From: Gammaproteobacteria bacterium | Lineage (GTDB): Bacteria; Pseudomonadota; Gammaproteobacteria; UBA4575 | Direction: 5' to 3' | Assembly (NCBI GenBank): GCA_045105815.1 | Contig: JBGCDX010000097.1 | Span: forward strand, 4,949-68,948 | DNA length: 64,000 bases | Part shown: piece after piece, positions 40,237 through 49,873 of the stretch | How the letters are laid out: each line of letters begins with the position of its first letter | Numbering within the stretch: the stretch's first letter is position 1 | Translations under genes and position numbers: made by a program | The notes under the pieces: model-generated | What the model was told of the DNA's origin: nothing | The model's database searches: none | Seen by the model: the letters and a program-made list of their open reading frames with translations, nothing else

Positions 40237-41001
40237 ATGAATTCTGAAACGTTACGTACTATTTGTAGCATGCTACTGCCACCTTCAGGCTTAATTTTAT
40301 TATTGGCAATAGGGTTATTTTTCTGGCTAATACGATTACGAAAAACTGCTGCATTCAGCATATTAGCAGCGACCTTGCTGATGTACTTTTCTAGCACTCC
40401 ATTTGTAGCGCATAAATTATTAGATCCACTGCAGTATCAATATGAGGTTCTTAAAGAAGTTCCTGAGAATATACAAGCTATTGTGGTTTTGTCCGGCGGG
40501 CGCATATCCATTGCTCGTGAGTATGGAAATATTGATATTGTGAGTGCGCCTACCCTTGAACGTTTACGTTATGCCTCGAGGCTTGCAAAAGTTCATCAGC
40601 TTCCAGTTGTGGTCGTAGGTGGGAGTGTTAATGATGAGAGGCAATCAGAAGCAGGATTGATGAAAAAAGCACTGGAGACTGATTTTGGTGTGCAGACTTT
40701 ATTGGTAGAAGAGAAAAGTAGAACTACTTTTGAGAATGCCATGTTTGCAAAGAAAATACTTAAAGATCAGTCGCTAGATAAATTTTTATTAGTCACTCAT
40801 GCTTATCATATGCCGAGGGCGATGTGGTGCTTTGAAGATGTTGGTTTAAGTCCTATTCCTGCGCCAACAGTATTCTATAAGCGGAATGCTTCAGTTTCAG
40901 AAATATATCAATATATTCCGAATGCCGGTGCACTAAAACAATCACGTAATGCACTGCATGAATACATAGGAAAGTTTTGGTATAAATATATAGGCTATTA
41001 A
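40237..41001 (+). CDS. DUF218 (YdcF/ElyC/SanA family) envelope-biogenesis protein
   Basis: N-terminal TM segment then a DUF218-like domain (VVLSGG...LVTHAYHMPRA). Confidence 0.6.
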   Translation: MNSETLRTICSMLLPPSGLILLLAIGLFFWLIRLRKTAAFSILAATLLMYFSSTPFVAHKLLDPLQYQYEVLKEVPENIQAIVVLSGGRISIAREYGNIDIVSAPTLERLRYASRLAKVHQLPVVVVGGSVNDERQSEAGLMKKALETDFGVQTLLVEEKSRTTFENAMFAKKILKDQSLDKFLLVTHAYHMPRAMWCFEDVGLSPIPAPTVFYKRNASVSEIYQYIPNAGALKQSRNALHEYIGKFWYKYIGY

Positions 41002-41663
41002 GCCTTAGTCACATAACTTTCAGCCTGCAATAATCTTTCTTGGGTTCCAATATCGAACCAGTTACCCGTAAAATATTCAGCACCCACGAGCTCTTGGTCA
41101 ATCAGCTTACGTAAGATCGGAGCTAAAGCTAACTTCTCAGTGCTGAGGTTATTAAATGCTTCAGGGCTGTATATACCTATTCCACTAAAGGTAAGTTGAT
41201 TCTTCCCAGAGTTATAAACTTTCCCAAACTCATAAGAAAAATCACCCTTGGGATTATGTTCTGGATTATTAACCAGTACTAAGTGTGCAAGTTTGTTGTT
41301 CGATAACTTTGCAAAGGATAATGAATGATTAGTCCAAATATCTGCATTCATGACTAAAAAAGGTTTGTCACCTAATAATGGCAAAGCATTAATAATGCCG
41401 CCAGCAGTTTCCAAGGGTTTTTCACCTTCCCAAGAATATTCAATGGATAACCCAAAGCGTGATCCGTCACCAAGATGTTGTTCTATTAACTGCCCTAAGT
41501 GTGAAAGGTTTATTACGACCTCTTTGTAACCAGCATTAGCTAAATTTTCTAAATGATATTCGATTAGTGGTTTCCCAGCGATCTTAACAAGAGGTTTGGG
41601 AGTGGTATCCGTAATCGGGCGTAGACGTTTACCCAGGCCTGCGGCGAGTAACATGCATTTCAT
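40998..41663 (-). CDS. murU: N-acetylmuramate alpha-1-phosphate uridylyltransferase (nucleotidyltransferase)
   Basis: MLLAAGLGKRLRPITDTTPKPL is the sugar-1-P nucleotidyltransferase N-terminus. 221 aa, directly downstream of an AmgK-like kinase. Confidence 0.7.
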   Translation of the reverse strand: MKCMLLAAGLGKRLRPITDTTPKPLVKIAGKPLIEYHLENLANAGYKEVVINLSHLGQLIEQHLGDGSRFGLSIEYSWEGEKPLETAGGIINALPLLGDKPFLVMNADIWTNHSLSFAKLSNNKLAHLVLVNNPEHNPKGDFSYEFGKVYNSGKNQLTFSGIGIYSPEAFNNLSTEKLALAPILRKLIDQELVGAEYFTGNWFDIGTQERLLQAESYVTKA

Positions 41664-41670
41664 AATAGTC

Positions 41671-42648
41671 TTAAATATTCACATTATTGCCAATAAATTC
41701 AGCGAGTTTTTTGGTTTCAGGGTATTGAATGGCAATCGACTTAATGTAGCTCAATGTTCTTGGGATCGCTTCTAAATAGTTTGGTTTACTATCTCTGATA
41801 TTCAGTCGAGCGAATATGCCAACAGCCTTAAGATGACGTTGTATGCCCATTAGGTCAAACCACTTTGTAAAAGTTGTAGCACTCACTTCAGAAATGATTC
41901 TGTTCTCAATAAGTTTCTTGTGGAATGTTAATGTTAATGCATGAACTTTTTCGTCTGGCCAGCTGATGTAACAGTCGCGTAATAAAGAAACGAGGTCATA
42001 GGTAACCGGGCCTAGCACAGCATCTTGGTAATCTATGATGCCTGGAAATTTTCCCTTAATAGCCATTAAATTTCGTGAATGATAGTCTCGGTGCACAAAG
42101 ACTTGTGGTTGTTCGACAGCATTTTTCATCAAAGAGCTGAAAGTACTATCGAATATGGTAGTGTCATGTTCATTAAGGGTTAAGTTTAGATGTTTGATAA
42201 GGAACCATTCTCTAAATAATTCCATTTCTTGCATTAATAAACCTTCACTATAGACGGGTATACTAGTCGCTTCTGTTTGCTGAACAAGTATTAAGGCATC
42301 AAGAGCTTGATGATAAAGGTCATCAGCATTTTCTGTGGTTAATACATCAAGTAATAACTTATCGCCCAAGTCGCTTAATAAGAAAAATCCAAAATCTAAA
42401 GAGCTGTAGTAAATGTGTGGTACCGGTAAGCCTTCGGCGCCTAATAAGTGAGTTACATTTACGAATGCGTCATTGCTTTCTTTTTCGGGTGGAGAATCTA
42501 CCGCAATGTATTGGGCTTGTGGAGTAGTTAGGCGAAAATACCGTCTAAAACTCGCGTCTCCCGATACAGGGGTAAGTGAGTATTCAATATTTCCAAGATT
42601 TTCTACTATCCATTCGTTTAAATGAATAAGACGTGCATCAGCTTTCAT
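41671..42648 (-). CDS. amgK: Anomeric MurNAc/GlcNAc kinase (aminoglycoside-phosphotransferase fold)
   Basis: APH-like kinase with HRDYHSRNLM and a DYQD motif. Paired with murU as in the Pseudomonas MurNAc recycling pathway. Confidence 0.65.
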   Translation of the reverse strand: MKADARLIHLNEWIVENLGNIEYSLTPVSGDASFRRYFRLTTPQAQYIAVDSPPEKESNDAFVNVTHLLGAEGLPVPHIYYSSLDFGFFLLSDLGDKLLLDVLTTENADDLYHQALDALILVQQTEATSIPVYSEGLLMQEMELFREWFLIKHLNLTLNEHDTTIFDSTFSSLMKNAVEQPQVFVHRDYHSRNLMAIKGKFPGIIDYQDAVLGPVTYDLVSLLRDCYISWPDEKVHALTLTFHKKLIENRIISEVSATTFTKWFDLMGIQRHLKAVGIFARLNIRDSKPNYLEAIPRTLSYIKSIAIQYPETKKLAEFIGNNVNI

Positions 42649-42665
42649 ATGATTAGTTGGATGAA

Positions 42666-44621
42666 TTACCAGCCGCCACCACCACCACCACCGCCGCCGC
42701 CACCAGAGGAGCCGCCACCGCCGCCAAAGCTACTACTGCCAGATGATGATCCAGGTGCGGTTGATGAAGATGATATTGCAGAATTTAGTGTGCTACCGAC
42801 AGAATTAGTAAATGAACCTAAATTATTATTATTCCAATGACCACCACTATACCATGTTGGATGATAATCTTTATTTACTCCATGTGTATTAAACACTTCT
42901 GTAAATTGCTCTGCCCACTTATTTTCTACGCCAAGTGCAAGTGCATAAGGCAAGTATGTTTCAAATAATTCAGGTGTTTTTTTAGGTGAGTATCTCAAAT
43001 TCAAGTCTTCTTGCTCTGCAACCTCTAAGTATTTTTTAAAACCTTCCGTTTTGTCTAATAATTTTCTTCCTTTGAGGGTTGGTTTTTTAAGTAAAAAATA
43101 GAAAGCTGTATTTGCAATAAAGAGTGAAACAATTATCAAGCAGTTACCGATGCCAATAATTGTACTAAGTGCTGCTAATGCTCCAATTTCACCTGCAGAC
43201 CATGCTAATGCAAATATCGTAGCAATGGGTAGTCCAATAATTTTTCCAAGTGTAAATTTACTTTTAAGTGCAGCAAACCATGAATAAACTAAGAACACCG
43301 TAACGGGTGTCCAGATAGAAAGCCAAAACACAAGAAAAAATGCTCCACCTTTATCTTCTCCGTTATCTAAACTGAACAGTATATATGCGCCGAGAATAAT
43401 GGTGATTAATATGCCTATGTAAAGAACTTTTCGATTATGGATAAAGTAGCCTTGCTGATATTCATTTTTTAGTGCACCTTTATGGCCATTAATTGCGCTA
43501 GAAATACTTGCATGGTTACTGTTCTTTAATTCAATGTAATCAGTGCCTGTGTTAGTTTTTCCAAATAGTTTTTCATGAATAGTTCTTTCTCCTATTGGCA
43601 GTCTTAGGTCTGAGTTTTTTACTTTGCGCAATGTGAAGGTCTTACCAACCTCTTCAATTTTCAAATAACCCTTTACAGCTAAATTTAGTAATGCTGCTGT
43701 GAAGGCTTTTTTGTCATGACCCATTTCATTTATGTAACGTAGCCCACCAGGAGGAAAGCCTTGAGGGGGTTGATAGTGAGGTATAATTACGCCAGGTTTA
43801 GGATCCCTGCCAACCTGTAGCCAAGAGTAGAAGTAGAAAGCCAACAAACCAAGAAGCCCAAGTATGTGTATTGGGTTGTTTATGTTAGCTTGCCACCACC
43901 AGCTTGTTTTTTGAATCAAGCTCGGCTGAATGATATGGCCTTTGGGCCAAGTGACAACTATCGTTAAGCCTTCTTTGCTTGATAGTGTGCGATTGGTGGT
44001 GAATAAGTAACCACCTGAAAAACCAGTATTCATATCATAACTTTGGCCTTTGCTACCAAAACTTCCTGTATATGCCTCTGTTTTTACATCATTAGCTCTA
44101 ATTGAGTTAGGTAAATGAACACTTGCTTTGGCTTTAAGTATGGGGAATTCCCAACCATTTCCTGTGACATTCCAGTACAACTCATCGTGGGTTTCAAAAT
44201 AACCAAGTTGTTGATTGGTTCTATATTTAATGGTGTAGGTGTGTTCGCCTCTATTTACATATGAATTTTTGCTGCCTATATATACACGTATTCCATTGCT
44301 GATTTTTTTTGTATGGAACGGTTCTGTATTGCCATTTCTAAGCACTTCTATGATATCAAAGCCCACACTAATTTTATTGCCAACTTTGCCTTTATATTTG
44401 GTAGGGAAGTCACGATAAATCCCTCGGTTTATTTTTTTGTTTTCTGCACGCACTGTAATTTTCTCAATTACAGTCATTGATGAATCTTCATGTACCATTA
44501 TATTGCTATCGAAAGATATAATTTCCTCTGCTGAAAATGCATTATTTTCAAGTATTGAAATACTAAGAATTGCAGCTAAGCAAATAGTAATAATGTTTAC
44601 TGAATATAATTTTTTAATCAT
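42666..44621 (-). CDS. DUF2207-family membrane protein with a Gly/Ser-rich C-terminal tail ending in Trp
   Basis: Signal/TM N-terminus, large extracytoplasmic domain, multi-TM region, then SSGSSSFGGGGGSSGGGGGGGGGGGW. Overlaps lemA by 8 bp. Confidence 0.65.
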   Translation of the reverse strand: MIKKLYSVNIITICLAAILSISILENNAFSAEEIISFDSNIMVHEDSSMTVIEKITVRAENKKINRGIYRDFPTKYKGKVGNKISVGFDIIEVLRNGNTEPFHTKKISNGIRVYIGSKNSYVNRGEHTYTIKYRTNQQLGYFETHDELYWNVTGNGWEFPILKAKASVHLPNSIRANDVKTEAYTGSFGSKGQSYDMNTGFSGGYLFTTNRTLSSKEGLTIVVTWPKGHIIQPSLIQKTSWWWQANINNPIHILGLLGLLAFYFYSWLQVGRDPKPGVIIPHYQPPQGFPPGGLRYINEMGHDKKAFTAALLNLAVKGYLKIEEVGKTFTLRKVKNSDLRLPIGERTIHEKLFGKTNTGTDYIELKNSNHASISSAINGHKGALKNEYQQGYFIHNRKVLYIGILITIILGAYILFSLDNGEDKGGAFFLVFWLSIWTPVTVFLVYSWFAALKSKFTLGKIIGLPIATIFALAWSAGEIGALAALSTIIGIGNCLIIVSLFIANTAFYFLLKKPTLKGRKLLDKTEGFKKYLEVAEQEDLNLRYSPKKTPELFETYLPYALALGVENKWAEQFTEVFNTHGVNKDYHPTWYSGGHWNNNNLGSFTNSVGSTLNSAISSSSTAPGSSSGSSSFGGGGGSSGGGGGGGGGGGW

Positions 44622-45132
44622 CTAATTGAAAATACTCGTGGTACTTGTATTTGAAAAATCGAGCTACTATTAAGTCAGGGAAAGAGTCTATACGTGTATT
44701 AATATTACGAACTGCACCATTATAGTAACGGCGTGAGTGCTGAATATCATTTTCTACATCTGATATATCTTTCTGTAGTTCAAGGAAATTTTGATTGGCC
44801 TTTAATTCTGGATAATTTTCAGCTAATGCGATGAGTTTATGTACTTTGGTTTGCAGTTCACGTTCTATGTTTTCACGTTTAGATATTTCATCGATAGTTT
44901 TTGCTTGTGAACGTAAAGTAGTTACAGATTCTAATAAGCTACTTTCATAATCTGCATATTGTTTGACTGCTTCGATTAGCTTTGGAATCAAATCATGTCT
45001 GCGTTTAAGCTGTACATCAATGTCACTCCAGGCTGCAAGCGATGTGTTCTTGTCATGTACCAATTTATTATAAATCAATATGCTCCAAACTAGCATTATG
45101 AAAAATATAGAGATAATTAAAATTGAAGTCAT
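44614..45132 (-). CDS. lemA: LemA family protein
   Basis: N-terminal TM then a LemA-like domain (NKLVHDKNTSLAAWSDIDVQLKRRHDLIPKLIE...YYNGAVRNIN). Confidence 0.8.
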   Translation of the reverse strand: MTSILIISIFFIMLVWSILIYNKLVHDKNTSLAAWSDIDVQLKRRHDLIPKLIEAVKQYADYESSLLESVTTLRSQAKTIDEISKRENIERELQTKVHKLIALAENYPELKANQNFLELQKDISDVENDIQHSRRYYNGAVRNINTRIDSFPDLIVARFFKYKYHEYFQLDD

Positions 45133-45141
45133 TTGAAGAGA

Positions 45142-45435
45142 TTATGATGTATAGATTTTGTAACGGTGCATTATATTTTTATAGTTCTGTATTGCTTTAA
45201 CAAGGCCATAAATAGAAAACACTGTCACCAGTAAAGCGCATAAGGTTAATATTATTATGCCGTTCTTGGTAATTGAAAGCGCAAGAAATCCTAATATAGC
45301 TGCTAGGACAACTCCACACATAATGTAAAGACCTAAAGTGGCGATACAAATAATTATAGCTATAGCTTGAGGTGGTAATTCGGAGAAGAAATCGCCGATA
45401 AATTCTATTGCTGAGTTAATATTGATCTGACTCAT
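45142..45435 (-). CDS. Small (97 aa) two-TM membrane protein, first gene of the lemA operon
   Basis: Hydrophobic segments. 9-bp gap to lemA. Confidence 0.45.
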   Translation of the reverse strand: MSQININSAIEFIGDFFSELPPQAIAIIICIATLGLYIMCGVVLAAILGFLALSITKNGIIILTLCALLVTVFSIYGLVKAIQNYKNIMHRYKIYTS

Positions 45436-45713
45436 CGGTTTCAGTGAGTGAATTATGCTTTGTGGCTAGAGTATTCTAGAAGCTTACGGTTATACGTTAA
45501 CGGATTAAAGACTTATTTTATTGTATCGATATCATCGCTATATGCTAGCTTCGAGCCGACAACTGACACTGGAATGCCTCTGATACGTTGCGTTCAGACG
45601 CTAGTGATGTCATTAATAGATATATTTCAACACTATCGGTATACAAAAAATGTTGTGTGACGAACTAAAATGAAAAATATTGCTACTTTAAAAGGTGTGT
45701 TGAGAGCTATTTA

Positions 45714-46280
45714 TTACAGTTTGGTAACTATGCCGTGCCGAAAACAACCCACTGTATGGTCATTAACCATGCCAATGGCTTGCATGTAAGCATAGCAAAT
45801 AGTGGTACCGACAAACTTAAAGCCACGTTTCTTTAGATCTTTACTCATGGCATCAGATTCAATGGTGCTGACAGGAACTTGTGAGGCGTTTTTCCATGTG
45901 TTCTGAATTGGACTACCATTAACGAATTGCCAGATATAATGATCAAATAGCTCAAACTCTTGCTGTATCTTTAAAAAAGCTTTGGCATTTGTAATGGTTG
46001 AGTTAATTTTTAATTTATTTCGAACAATCTCTGAATTTAATAAAAGTTTTTCAATTTTTTTTTCTGAATAACGTGAAATTTTTTTAATATCAAAATCATC
46101 AAAAGCATTTCTATAGCCTGCACGCTTATTTAATATAGTTGACCAGCTTAAGCCTGCTTGCGCACCTTCTAATATCAGTAACTCAAATAATTTTCGGTCA
46201 TCATGTAGTGGCACGCCCCATTCTTCATCATGATATTTTTCTTCAGACTGGCTTGAAGTGGCCCAAGTGCAACGTTTCAT
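45714..46280 (-). CDS. tag: DNA-3-methyladenine glycosylase I
   Basis: CTWATSSQSEEKYHDEEWGVPLHDDRKLFELL...WSTIL is a Tag signature including Zn ligands. Confidence 0.85.
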   Translation of the reverse strand: MKRCTWATSSQSEEKYHDEEWGVPLHDDRKLFELLILEGAQAGLSWSTILNKRAGYRNAFDDFDIKKISRYSEKKIEKLLLNSEIVRNKLKINSTITNAKAFLKIQQEFELFDHYIWQFVNGSPIQNTWKNASQVPVSTIESDAMSKDLKKRGFKFVGTTICYAYMQAIGMVNDHTVGCFRHGIVTKL

Positions 46281-47002
46281 CTGAATTGCTTATAAATGTG
46301 ATGCACCCAGTCTAATTTATCTTTGTACTCACTGATGGTGCTTGCTAATGGTTCTGGATATTTCTCTGGCCATTCAATGCCATATTTTTTTGTTCTACAA
46401 AGTGGTGCTAATAAAGAAGCGACCGCAAGATCTGCACGACTGAAAGTGTCTCCTACAAAAAAATCTCTATCATTAATGTGTGCAATAGTTATTTGGATTG
46501 AACGTGTAAGTCGTTTTCGAATTGTAACCATTTCTGCATCATCAAGTTTCATTAGATTTCTCATTGTTTCAGATAGCCTTGGGTATGTTACTTTCATATA
46601 TAAGTTTCCATACCAAGGCCCATCATTAGTGAAGTAAGGAGTGATGATATCTGGGTGATCAAGTAATGTGTGATAGCAAATGCGTCGTACATCAGGTCCT
46701 AATTGCGTATCAGCAAACTGTTCCCATTGTAGAGCTTCTTGTTTTAATTGTGGGTCAGTTGGAGTAAGTGTTTTATATGGAAATATATGGTCTAAGTAAC
46801 TAATGATTTCGCTGGATTCATTGAGAGCATTTTTGTCGTGAACCAAGATAGGTAAAGAGGTGCTAGAGCAAAGTTTTTTAGCTTTCTTGGCATGCAAGCC
46901 AGGTAATAAATTTACTTTCTTGTACTCAATATTTTTATATTCCAAAGCCCAGCGTACTTTTTCGCAATAATGAGAAATGGGAAATTGGTATAGCATTAAC
47001 AT
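46277..47002 (-). CDS. Glutathione S-transferase-like protein
   Basis: N-terminal thioredoxin-like GST domain (LYQFPISHYCEKVRWALEYKNI). Overlaps tag by 4 bp. Confidence 0.6.
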   Translation of the reverse strand: MLMLYQFPISHYCEKVRWALEYKNIEYKKVNLLPGLHAKKAKKLCSSTSLPILVHDKNALNESSEIISYLDHIFPYKTLTPTDPQLKQEALQWEQFADTQLGPDVRRICYHTLLDHPDIITPYFTNDGPWYGNLYMKVTYPRLSETMRNLMKLDDAEMVTIRKRLTRSIQITIAHINDRDFFVGDTFSRADLAVASLLAPLCRTKKYGIEWPEKYPEPLASTISEYKDKLDWVHHIYKQFR

Positions 47003-47174
47003 GATTTATATTTATAAAATACTAATTTCTTATAGCCTTCATTAAAAAATTATATAACTTGTGCAGGTAATTATGAATTATGTGTTTGAATAATTAGTAT
47101 AATTACATGGTGAGATAAAAAAATATAACAATACTACATACCAGTAGTGCAAATAAATTTATCGAGGAGCTCCT

Positions 47175-47723
47175 ATGTCACAAGCAACTGTAAAAACAGC
47201 CATTGATAATTTGGCTGCAGCCATCACAGAAAATCCAAAATCTGCACAACTAAAATATCGTGCAGAAGTAATTTGGGATGGTGATGTTCATTGCACCTCC
47301 CAAGTGCGAAATTTACCGCCCGTTCCAGTAGATGAGCCAACAGCTTTTGGTGGTGGTGATATGGCGCAAAGCCCAGGCGATTTAATATTAACGGCTTTAG
47401 GTACCTGTCAGGGAATTATGTATGCGGCTTTAGCTTCAGCAATGGGAATTGAATTAACCTCATATAAAGTAAAACTTGAAGGTAATTTAGATTTACATGG
47501 CTTATTTGGAATGGGTGTAGACAAGGGTATTCCGCCAGGTTTTCAAGACCTTTCTTTTGAATCTATTATTGAAAGTCCAGCAAGTGATGAAGAACTTAAG
47601 CAACTTGTGGATGCGGTAGAGGCACAGTGCCCGATTCTTGATACATTAGTGAGGGCTGTACCAGTTACTGGAACTGCAACTATCAATGGTAAGTCTGGTT
47701 ACATAGCTGCAAAAGCTGCATAA
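47175..47723 (+). CDS. OsmC/Ohr-family peroxiredoxin-like protein
   Basis: 182 aa. GTCQ and CPIL blocks supply the conserved Cys pair typical of OsmC-like proteins. Confidence 0.65.
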   Translation: MSQATVKTAIDNLAAAITENPKSAQLKYRAEVIWDGDVHCTSQVRNLPPVPVDEPTAFGGGDMAQSPGDLILTALGTCQGIMYAALASAMGIELTSYKVKLEGNLDLHGLFGMGVDKGIPPGFQDLSFESIIESPASDEELKQLVDAVEAQCPILDTLVRAVPVTGTATINGKSGYIAAKAA

Positions 47724-47810
47724 ATTCTGTATAAAGTAGGGGTGCATTTGCGTTGCACCTCTATTATTTATTTACATCTACACAGTCTATGAAGACTGCA
47801 TTGAGAAGTT

Positions 47811-48260
47811 ATGCATCCAGTATTAATTTATGCAATATTATTTATTATTTCTACCACTAGTCTTTTATTTGTATTTGAAAAATATCAGTTTGAGTCGTTT
47901 TATTTTCTATTGATCATTTCATCAGTGATTACCTGGCTATTAGGTAAACTGTTAGTCAGTTTGTTCCCATCTGAAGACCCTATGCAGAACGAGATTAAAA
48001 AAGATGACTTGAAGGTACGTGCGAATCAGTATCGTCGAGAGATTCAATTCGTTTTTAATATTGTTCAGCCAGATCCAATGCTTCAGCCAAAACCTAAAAG
48101 GTTGGCAGATAGTTTAGAGGATTGTTTTGATTTAGCAGCAGTTGAAATGAATAAGAGGTTGCGGTTTTATTTTGGTGATTCATTTGATACAGCTACTAAC
48201 CAGCCTTTGCCAGATATGATTGAAGAGATGAAACTGAAATACAAAAACTGGTTGGCGTGA
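47811..48260 (+). CDS. Hypothetical membrane protein (two N-terminal TM segments plus a cytoplasmic domain)
   Basis: ORF with a hydrophobic N-terminus. No family recognised. Confidence 0.35.
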   Translation: MHPVLIYAILFIISTTSLLFVFEKYQFESFYFLLIISSVITWLLGKLLVSLFPSEDPMQNEIKKDDLKVRANQYRREIQFVFNIVQPDPMLQPKPKRLADSLEDCFDLAAVEMNKRLRFYFGDSFDTATNQPLPDMIEEMKLKYKNWLA

Positions 48261-48273
48261 CTAACTATAAGCA

Positions 48274-48702
48274 CTATTGCACTACCGACATTATTTCCCG
48301 TTTAATTTTTTTGGTTGTAAAAAATGGTGGGGAAGAATGTAATAACCCAGACTTAGCAGTAACTAAAATATCTGTATCATTATTGCAATGAAACAATACT
48401 TGATCTTCAGCTATTGGTTCATGACTTTCTAGCAACACAGTAGAGTATATGTGGCCTATATGTTTTTTGCATAAAACAGTTAAGTCTTTTGACAATAGAA
48501 TAAACTCCTGGGATTCTTCATATGGGCAATCCCATGAAGTAACAAGTAGAAATAAATCCTTATAGACATATTGTGCGCCAATTATAAAACCTGGCACATA
48601 TTTTCCAGTGCGTTTTCCGTTCATAATTAATTCAGAACATAAGCTCCAAGTTTCATAGGGGCCGAGCTGTTGTTTAAATGAGAAGGTTGATATCTTTTTC
48701 AT
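48274..48702 (-). CDS. Hypothetical protein, co-operonic with the DUF457 hydrolase
   Basis: 4-bp overlap with the upstream gene. No recognisable domain. Confidence 0.35.
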   Translation of the reverse strand: MKKISTFSFKQQLGPYETWSLCSELIMNGKRTGKYVPGFIIGAQYVYKDLFLLVTSWDCPYEESQEFILLSKDLTVLCKKHIGHIYSTVLLESHEPIAEDQVLFHCNNDTDILVTAKSGLLHSSPPFFTTKKIKREIMSVVQ

Positions 48703-49226
48703 GTATGTCTCCTTGTATAACGATTATTTATCCAGTTAGTTCTGAAGAATGTGATGGTAGCGAAAGTTATAATTGTGAGCTCTGCTAAGGCGGTCCAATG
48801 TAAAAAGTAATTCCATAACCAATATCCATGGCGTGATGGAACAGTAAAAATATTGAAATATGAATTGCTAAAAGGGTAAAGCCACTTGATACCACCACCT
48901 GCAAAAGTGTCTAACGATAGATGAAGTAATATGCAGCCTATAAAAATGGTTCCTGCGGCGATAATGAATCTCGATTTAAAGATAGCAGCTATAAAATAGA
49001 AAATTGCTAGTAAACAAAGCCAATAGAAGGGAATATGTGTCCAATAACTGTGATGACTATGTTGCCGGTTGTCGATTAAGTAAAAATAGAACATATCTAG
49101 GTCAGGGAAAATACTTCCTAGTAAACCTAGTGCAAATAACCATTTAGCTTTGGAGGGCTTGAGCTGGAACTGTGATAGCAGGAACCTACTTACCAGATAG
49201 CCAGCAGGCATATGTGCTAAGAACAT
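48699..49226 (-). CDS. Membrane-bound metal-dependent hydrolase (DUF457, YdjM/YbcI-like)
   Basis: Multi-TM protein with His-rich motifs (HSHHSYWTH, HLSLD). Confidence 0.55.
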   Translation of the reverse strand: MFLAHMPAGYLVSRFLLSQFQLKPSKAKWLFALGLLGSIFPDLDMFYFYLIDNRQHSHHSYWTHIPFYWLCLLAIFYFIAAIFKSRFIIAAGTIFIGCILLHLSLDTFAGGGIKWLYPFSNSYFNIFTVPSRHGYWLWNYFLHWTALAELTIITFATITFFRTNWINNRYTRRHT

Positions 49227-49314
49227 GTAAAGATCCCGTATTAATGAATGAGCTTTACATTAAGCAGCTAAAATATGACCAGAAAATGACGTACTTATAG
49301 CAATACGATGATGA

Positions 49315-49698
49315 TTACTCTTTGGTTGAAGAGAATTGTGCAAATACCTCTTCGCCTGTCATGCTTATAGTTTGGTTAGAAAAATCATAAAACTTTGGTT
49401 TATCATCTACAAAGACTTGGTGGTCGAACTCAATATCATCAAGATTATCAAAAAGTCCGACCATCATAATATGCTGATTGTTCTCTTTTAAACGATAAAA
49501 AAGATGGCTCCCGCATTGTTTGCAAAAACCTCGTTCTGCCCACTCAGATGAGTTATATATCTTTATGTGTTGTTTTCCAGAGAACGAGACATCCGTGCCA
49601 CAGTCAACTGCCATTAAAGGGCCACCTGTCCATTTTCTGCATATACCACAATGGCACGCTCCCATATGTATACTCATTGCCTTAGCGTTTATTCCCAC
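49315..49698 (-). CDS. GFA-family (glutathione-dependent formaldehyde-activating/CENP-V) zinc protein
   Basis: GACHCGICRKW...CKQCGSHLF is a GFA-type Cys cluster. Confidence 0.7.
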   Translation of the reverse strand: MGINAKAMSIHMGACHCGICRKWTGGPLMAVDCGTDVSFSGKQHIKIYNSSEWAERGFCKQCGSHLFYRLKENNQHIMMVGLFDNLDDIEFDHQVFVDDKPKFYDFSNQTISMTGEEVFAQFSSTKE

Positions 49699-49873
49699 CT
49701 GCCCACAAAGGCAAGAACCACTCGCTTCACGCGTATCCGATATAGTTAGGCTCCATGATTGTTTGTGTGTATATCTATGGTAATGGTTAATAATTTTGAG
49801 ATCTAGATCACTTAGGTTTCCGGCTTATTTGCCGATAACTTATGCATAAAAAATGTAAATATGGGTCCTTTTT

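Noticed and set aside
42622-42840. 72-aa ORF encoding PPPPPPPPPPPEEPPPPPK...
   Set aside because: It is the opposite-strand reading of the Gly-rich (GGY)n tail tract of the DUF2207 gene: CCN codons from GGN. No independent signals.
45448-45660. 70-aa ORF in the lemA-operon/tag intergenic region
   Set aside because: No RBS, atypical composition, and it lies in a likely promoter region. Probably non-coding.
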